Assembly: GCA_041687695.1 (NCBI GenBank)
Contig: JAWLBL010000026.1
Coordinates: 32,001-96,000 of the forward strand
Direction: 5' to 3'
DNA from: Myxococcota bacterium
GTDB lineage: Bacteria; Myxococcota_A; UBA9042; PHBI01; JAWLBL01
Length of the DNA stretch: 64,000 bases
The position numbers and the translations under genes were made by a program. The first letter of the stretch is position 1; each line of letters starts with the position of its first letter. Below the pieces are notes generated by a model that made no database searches, had not been told where the DNA came from, and saw only the letters and a list, made by a program, of their open reading frames with translations. This document shows, piece by piece, positions 56,232 through 64,000 of this stretch.

Positions 56232-57578
56232 TCAGGGCTGGTTGAGCGCGAAGATGAGCCCATCGCAGTGCTGCGCCGCGGCCGCCTCGCCCCGGGCCGC
56301 GAGCAGGGCCTGCGCCCGCCGCAGCCGGGGCTCGGCGAAGCGGCCCAGCGCGGTCGGGCTCAGGTTGGCCGAGCCGCTCGCCGCCGCCTGGACCTGGGCG
56401 ACCAGCGCGGCCTCGTCGTCGGCGGTCAGCACCTCGACCCGCCCGATCAGGGTCCGCACCAGCTCGTCGGGCGCCGGCGAGACGGTGAGGGGCAGCAGCG
56501 CGTCGGTCCAGGCGCGCGGCGCGACGTACAGGACGCGCAGCCCCGGCGTGCGGAAGTAGCTGTGGAACCAGGTGTCCACCATCGCCAGCGCCTCGTCCTC
56601 GAACAGCCCGGTGTCCTCGAGGGCTTCGGCGACCAGGGCGCGCGCCTCGGCGGAGTAGAGGTCCAGCGGGTGCTCCTTGGGCGTCGGCACCACGACGCGT
56701 GACTCGCCGGCCGCGAGCGGCCCGAGCGACTCGATGACCCCGGCCGGTCCGTCCACCCGCAACAGGAACACCGCCGGCACGTCCTCGGCGCCGTCGTTGC
56801 GCACCGTCAGCGCCGGGCTGCCGGCCTGCGAGGTGACGCGGAACGGCATCTCGAAGCGCCCCAGCCCTCGATAGAAGATGAAGCGCTCGCGCTCCTCGCC
56901 AGCGCGCAGCGCCATCGCCGCGACCCGCCGCGACGGCGCCCAGACGTCGTCCTCGTCGACCTCCGGGAGGTCTGCGTCGGCCAGCGTCGCGTCCAGCTCG
57001 ATCTCCCAGCGCGCGTGGCCGTCGCGCACGCCGGTCAGCGCCCCGACGGCCGGCGCGGTGCTCGCGGCCTGGGGGTACCACTCGCTGACGACGCCCTGCG
57101 GGAAGCCGACGTCGACCGTCACCGCGCGCGGGCGGTCCGAGTAGAAGTACAGCACGGGCGTCTCGAGCTTCTGTGTCACGCCCTCGGGCAGGATCTCGAG
57201 GCCCTTCATGCCCTGCGGCACCACCGCCCGGCGGTGGACGAAGGCCGGCAGCTGCTCCTCCTCGTGGTGCATCCCCTCGAGCGAGGCGCCGTCGGAGCCC
57301 TGCACCGAGGTGTAGGTGCCCCACTCGTGCACGACGAAGGGCTGGACGACGGACTGGGTGGGCCCGGGGCGCGTCGGGGCCGGACCGTTGGACCCGTGGG
57401 CGGCCGGGTCGGCGGCCGGGTCGGCGGCCGGCGGCTCCGGCGTTGCGGGCGTCGGCTCGGGGGCGGCAGACGGGGGCGCGGGCGTGGCGGCGGCGGGCTG
57501 GCGCGTCGGAGCTTCGGTCTGGCAGCCGGCGAGCAGCGTGGCCAGACCCAGGGCGGTCAGGGTGGGGACAAGGCGCAT
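56232..57578 (-). CDS. conserved-looking hypothetical lipoprotein
   Basis: Lipobox LAGC, Pro/Ala linker, motifs VHEWGTYTS, ETPVLYFY, FIFYRG, GLFEDEA..M..TW. Confidence 0.75.
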   Translation of the reverse strand: MRLVPTLTALGLATLLAGCQTEAPTRQPAAATPAPPSAAPEPTPATPEPPAADPAADPAAHGSNGPAPTRPGPTQSVVQPFVVHEWGTYTSVQGSDGASLEGMHHEEEQLPAFVHRRAVVPQGMKGLEILPEGVTQKLETPVLYFYSDRPRAVTVDVGFPQGVVSEWYPQAASTAPAVGALTGVRDGHARWEIELDATLADADLPEVDEDDVWAPSRRVAAMALRAGEERERFIFYRGLGRFEMPFRVTSQAGSPALTVRNDGAEDVPAVFLLRVDGPAGVIESLGPLAAGESRVVVPTPKEHPLDLYSAEARALVAEALEDTGLFEDEALAMVDTWFHSYFRTPGLRVLYVAPRAWTDALLPLTVSPAPDELVRTLIGRVEVLTADDEAALVAQVQAAASGSANLSPTALGRFAEPRLRRAQALLAARGEAAAAQHCDGLIFALNQP

Positions 57579-57638
57579 GGCGTGACCTCTCGCGTGGGTG
57601 ACCAGGTCATGATGCGCGGCCGTCCGCTATGCGATCCA

Positions 57639-57678
57639 ATGATATGTTTTCATCGAAACCCATACGCCGCTCGTATGG
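57639..57678. promoter_or_regulatory. tandem LysR-type (T-N11-A) palindromic operator sites
   Basis: ATGA-N7-TCAT (57639-57653) and ATAC-N7-GTAT within CCATACG-N5-CGTATGG (57660-57678), in an AT-rich divergent intergenic region. Confidence 0.55.
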
Positions 57679-57730
57679 ATTTGCGCCGGCCGCGGCCTGC
57701 TGTAACGTCGCGGCCTTGCAGGGGGACGCG

Positions 57731-59887
57731 ATGAGGGGACGGGGCGTCGGAGCGCTCGCGGCGGTGGTCGGGCTGGTGCTGTCGGCCGGCTGCGGGACCC
57801 AGTCGAAGCTGGTCGCGCGGGCCGACCGGGCGATGGACCAGGGCCGCTTCGCCCACGCCTACGTCGACTACCGGGCGGCGCTGTTCCACGAGGTCGAGCC
57901 GGCCAGCCAGACCGCGCACCGCGCCTTCGAGCGCGCGCAGCAGGCCATCGACGGCTGGCTCGAGGCCGAGCTGGTCGCCGCCGAGCGCGAGCTGACGAGC
58001 GGCCGGGCCGGCGCCGCGTTCGACCGGCTGATGGCGGTGGCGCACCCCGACCTCGGGGCGACCCCCTGGGAGGCCCGCGAGCGCCAGTTCCGGCCGCTGC
58101 GCCCCGCGCCCGCACCCGAGCTGGCGCAGCGGCGCGACCGGCTGCTGGCCAAGGCGGGCGAGGCCCTGTGGCCCGAGGTCGAGGCCGAGGCGGCGGCCGG
58201 CCGCTGGCCCCGGGCGGTCGCCCGGGCGCGTGCCCTGGTGTCGAGGCTGCCGGAGAAGAACCCGCTGGGCTACCGGGTGAGCCAGCTGGAGGGCCGCGCC
58301 GAGGCGCACTTCCGCGCCCTCGAGGCCGCGGCCGGGACCGGCGGCGGGATCTACCGGATCCTTGCGGCCTGGCTCGGCCAGACGCGCGGCGCCACGCCCC
58401 CCGAGCCGAGGCACCGCCTGCGGCTCGTGAACGCGACCGCCTTGCCACCCGGTTGCGAGACCCTCGCGCGCCGCCTCCTGCACACGTTCTCGCACGGCGA
58501 CACGGCGACCCGCGCGGACTTCGCCGGGCTGTCCTGTCACCTGACCTCGTCCCGCAGCCGGCGCGAGCGCGAGTACGACCAGCCCTATACCGAGCACCAG
58601 TCGCGGCAGAAGTGCGTCCCCGTCCTCGAGAAGCGCTGCACGGGGACCGACGTGCACGGCAAGTGCATCCTCACGACCAACGTCGACACCGGCCGGCAGG
58701 ACTGCCGGACCATCCAGGTGCCCATCACCCGGTACCGCAAGGCCACGCGCGTCGAGGAGGTGGTGACCTGGACCGCCGAGGTGCGGGGCGCCGTCCAGCT
58801 CTCGGTGGCCGGGGCGGCGGTGTCCCACGACCTGTCGACCAGCCTGACCCTGACCGACGTCGGCTGGTCCGCCCCCGAGCCGCGCCCGCTCTCCATCGAC
58901 GAGGGCGACGTGCAGGCCGAGCTCGCCAAGCGCCAGGCGGCCTCCCTGACCACCGGCCTGACCCGCCTGCGGGCCGCCGCCGGTCGCCTGGCGCTGGACG
59001 CCGCCGCCGCCGCCGTCCGCGAGGGACGCGCCGACGACGTCGATCGCGCCATGGGTGAGGCCGTCGCGTGGGGCCAGGCGCCGTCGGCCGAGCTGGTCGC
59101 CTTCGTCGCCGAGCGGCACGCCCTCGACGCGGACGAGCTGACGACGCTGCTCGCGGGGCGTTGGCCCGAGCCGCGGCTGGGCGGCCCGGCGCCGCTGCCC
59201 GAGGCCGACCTCGCGGGCCTGGCCCCGTGCCCGCGCTGCCTCGTCAACCGCGACCCTCCCGGGCCGGGGCGCCGCCCCGACGGCCTGGGCGTCGTCGAGC
59301 GGGAGCGCGGCCTGTCCATCGGCGACGGCACCCTCGCCGTGGGCTGGGTCGACAGCCAGCGGCCCGAGGGGCTCGGCGGGTTCGACCGGGCCATCGCCCT
59401 GAGCTTCGACATGCGCGCCCTGCGCAGCACGAGCGGGCTGACGGCCCGCGTGGCCGCCGATCTGGGCGTGGGCCTCGACGGCGGCTTCGCCTATCGCCTC
59501 GAGCCGATGGCGCTGGGCTATGCGGCGCGCCTGGGGCCGCTGCGCCTGGGGGCCGAGGCCACGCTGGGCCTCGACGGCGTCCTGTGGGGGCGCGTCTCGT
59601 CCGGCCTGACGGCGCCGGTCACCGCCTTCCTGGCCTTCCGGCCGGCCGGCTTCGTCGGCCTCGAGCTCGAGGCGCGCGCCATCTGGCTGCTCACGACCGA
59701 CAGCCGCCAGGACGGCTCGCGGACCCTCGACTTCGCGGACGAGGCCAGCGCCTCGGCGCGCTTGTGCTTCGGCGACCCCGACGCGACCTCGTCCTACGTG
59801 CTGGGGGCCCAGGCGCGCGAGTGGCGCCAGAGCACGACCTGGACCTTCAGCCTGGGCTTCGGCGCCTGCGCGTCGGCGCTGCGCTGA
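57731..59887 (+). CDS. hypothetical lipoprotein, helical N-terminus and beta-strand-rich (barrel-like) C-terminus
   Basis: Lipobox LSAGC; alternating amphipathic strands in the last ~190 aa ending TWTFSLGFG. Confidence 0.65.
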   Translation: MRGRGVGALAAVVGLVLSAGCGTQSKLVARADRAMDQGRFAHAYVDYRAALFHEVEPASQTAHRAFERAQQAIDGWLEAELVAAERELTSGRAGAAFDRLMAVAHPDLGATPWEARERQFRPLRPAPAPELAQRRDRLLAKAGEALWPEVEAEAAAGRWPRAVARARALVSRLPEKNPLGYRVSQLEGRAEAHFRALEAAAGTGGGIYRILAAWLGQTRGATPPEPRHRLRLVNATALPPGCETLARRLLHTFSHGDTATRADFAGLSCHLTSSRSRREREYDQPYTEHQSRQKCVPVLEKRCTGTDVHGKCILTTNVDTGRQDCRTIQVPITRYRKATRVEEVVTWTAEVRGAVQLSVAGAAVSHDLSTSLTLTDVGWSAPEPRPLSIDEGDVQAELAKRQAASLTTGLTRLRAAAGRLALDAAAAAVREGRADDVDRAMGEAVAWGQAPSAELVAFVAERHALDADELTTLLAGRWPEPRLGGPAPLPEADLAGLAPCPRCLVNRDPPGPGRRPDGLGVVERERGLSIGDGTLAVGWVDSQRPEGLGGFDRAIALSFDMRALRSTSGLTARVAADLGVGLDGGFAYRLEPMALGYAARLGPLRLGAEATLGLDGVLWGRVSSGLTAPVTAFLAFRPAGFVGLELEARAIWLLTTDSRQDGSRTLDFADEASASARLCFGDPDATSSYVLGAQAREWRQSTTWTFSLGFGACASALR

Positions 59888-59946
59888 CCCGGAGCGGCCA
59901 GCGCAGCGCCTCGCCGGCTACTTGCGGGTGTCGCAAAAGCCCAACC

Positions 59947-60060
59947 GGAGTGCTCCACCTTGGTGGAGCCCCCATCCGGCGCAGCTTGCTGCGCCGGTTT
60001 GGCAGCCAGATCCCGGCGGCAAGCCGCCGGGGCCGGGGCTCCGGCAAGCCGGAGCACTCC
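59947..60060. repeat. REPIN-like inverted doublet of GGAG-tagged hairpins
   Basis: GGAGTGCTCCACCTTGGTGGAGC (+) and GGAGTGCTCCGGCTTGCCGGAGC (-) enclosing two more palindromes (CCGGCGCAGCTTGCTGCGCCGG, CCCGGCGGCAAGCCGCCGGG). Confidence 0.75.
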
Positions 60061-60094
60061 AAGGCCGCCTCAGCCGGCATCAAAACGACACCCT

Positions 60095-62728
<2,634 letters not shown>

Positions 62729-62805
62729 GCCCGTTCCTCCACTGGTGCCCCACTCGATGTGCCCGTCGAACCTGGCCCGCACCGATCGGGGATTGGTCAA
62801 CGAGG

Positions 62806-62813
62806 TTATGGGG
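62806..62813 (-). promoter_or_regulatory. possible sigma32-type -10 element upstream of clpB
   Basis: CCCCATAA on the minus strand about 80 nt upstream of clpB; no canonical CTTGAA -35 at the usual spacing. Confidence 0.35.
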
Positions 62814-62955
62814 TTGGAAAGATGAGATGGTTGCGAGCCTCAGGGCCCTGCGCTACGAACTGGCGCGAGAGCGTCGCCCGAGGCCGCTCGGCCGGCACCC
62901 GGCCGGCTTGCCACTGGGAGTTGAAGCACCAACGGGCAACCGGACAAGGCACGCC

Positions 62956-64000
62956 ATGATCGACCGAAGACACGAACACACCGGCTCCCCTGGTGAGGCG
63001 GGAAGCGTCGAGCGCGGCCAATCCGACGCCAAGGCGTCGGAGGTTCTCAAGAAGAACGCGCGCTCCGCCAAGTCCCGCGACCAGGAGGAGGACGAGGAGG
63101 AGGATCCATTGGTGGATCTCCTCCCCGAGGGTGAGGGGAAGGCCCTCCCGGCGACGGCGAAGAAGCGTCTGCCGGACAGGCTGACCGCCCTCAACCTCTA
63201 CCTCGCCCGCCTCAAGAACGTAGAGATCCTGCCCATCGAGGAGCAGTCCCAGCTCGCCGAACACTTCCAGCAGACCGGCGAGCGCGAGGCCGCCGCGCGC
63301 CTCGTCGCGTCGAACCTGCGCCTCGTCGTCAAGATCGCCTTCCAGTTCCGCCGCCAGTGGGCGGACGTGATGGACCTCATCGCCGAGGGCAACCTCGGCC
63401 TCGCCGAGGCCATCCGCAAGTTCGACGTGCAGCGCGGGATCCCCTTCCCGAGCTACGCGCGCTTCTGGATCCGTGCTCGCATCCTGGCCTTCATCCAGGA
63501 GAACAAGCACCTCATCCACGCCGGCTCGCGCGCCGCGCGCAAGCTCTTCTGGCGCCTCGAGCGCGAGCGCAGAAAGCTCGTCCAGGAGGGCCTCGAGCCC
63601 GTGCCGAAGCTGCTCGCCGAGCGCGTCGGCGTCACGGCCGAGGACGTCACCGAGCTGGCGCCCATCCTGGACTACCGCCCCATCAGCCTCGACGTCCCCG
63701 TCCACGGCGACGAGGACGGACGCACCCGTGGCGAGGTGCTCGCCGACTCGGGCGCCTTCACGCCCGAAGACCGCGTCAGCGGCGGCGAGATCCAGGACCA
63801 GCTCCACGAGGCCTTCATGGCCTTCCGCGAGACCCTGGACGAGCGCGACATGGCCATCTGGGACCAACGCCTGCAGGCCGAGGACCCGGTGCGCCTCGAG
63901 GACCTCGGCGACCAGTTCGGCGTCTCGAAAGAGCGCGTCCGACAGCTCGAGGTGCGCATCAAGAAGCGCCTCAAGACCTTCCTGCAGGCCAACCTGGGCA
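62956..64000 (+). CDS. rpoH: RpoH/sigma32-family RNA polymerase sigma factor (3' end beyond the window; absent from the ORF track)
   Basis: Hand translation: ALNLYLARL, LVASNLRLVVKIA, DLIAEGNLGL, SYARFWIRA, RpoH-box-like AARKLFWRL, LEDLGDQFGVSKERVRQLE; could be a SigB/C/E-type paralog. Confidence 0.82.
   Translation, partial: MIDRRHEHTGSPGEAGSVERGQSDAKASEVLKKNARSAKSRDQEEDEEEDPLVDLLPEGEGKALPATAKKRLPDRLTALNLYLARLKNVEILPIEEQSQLAEHFQQTGEREAAARLVASNLRLVVKIAFQFRRQWADVMDLIAEGNLGLAEAIRKFDVQRGIPFPSYARFWIRARILAFIQENKHLIHAGSRAARKLFWRLERERRKLVQEGLEPVPKLLAERVGVTAEDVTELAPILDYRPISLDVPVHGDEDGRTRGEVLADSGAFTPEDRVSGGEIQDQLHEAFMAFRETLDERDMAIWDQRLQAEDPVRLEDLGDQFGVSKERVRQLEVRIKKRLKTFLQANLG

Noticed and set aside
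62729..62955. CIRCE (HrcA) or HAIR (HspR) operator between clpB and rpoH
   Set aside because: Neither TTAGCACTC-N9-GAGTGCTAA nor CTTGAGT-N7-ACTCAAG is present.

Overview
Very GC-rich bacterial chromosome segment, probably Myxococcota or a related deltaproteobacterial lineage. This is inferred from an AgmX/PglI(GltG)-like TonB-C protein, a Cys-rich repeat lipoprotein, many lipoproteins and an RpoH-type sigma factor. About 49 CDS are densely packed. Housekeeping and proteostasis genes (tatA, ogt, PBP1A, pcm, aat, ftsH, yhhQ, malQ, xth, gloA, mtnC, clpB, rpoH-like) are interspersed with exported or lipoprotein genes (Cys-rich repeat, BNR and Kelch propellers, CotH, TPR-CHAT and caspase/legumain-like proteases, PNGase F-like, PvdN-like). 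No rRNA, tRNA or CRISPR array was seen. Highlights: (1) a probable PBP1A-pcm-cereblon(CULT) operon that places an isoAsp methyltransferase beside an intact cyclic-imide-binding domain, a candidate bacterial damaged-protein sensing system; (2) a RAYT transposase flanked by eight GGAG-tagged REP hairpins with compensatory changes, plus a related REP doublet 36 kb away; (3) a 164-bp MITE-like fold-back element with a target duplication; (4) recurrent leaderless-type promoter geometry; (5) paired LysR-type boxes with no adjacent LysR gene. All calls come from reading motifs by eye, with no database searches. Start codons were adjusted by eye from the ORF track.
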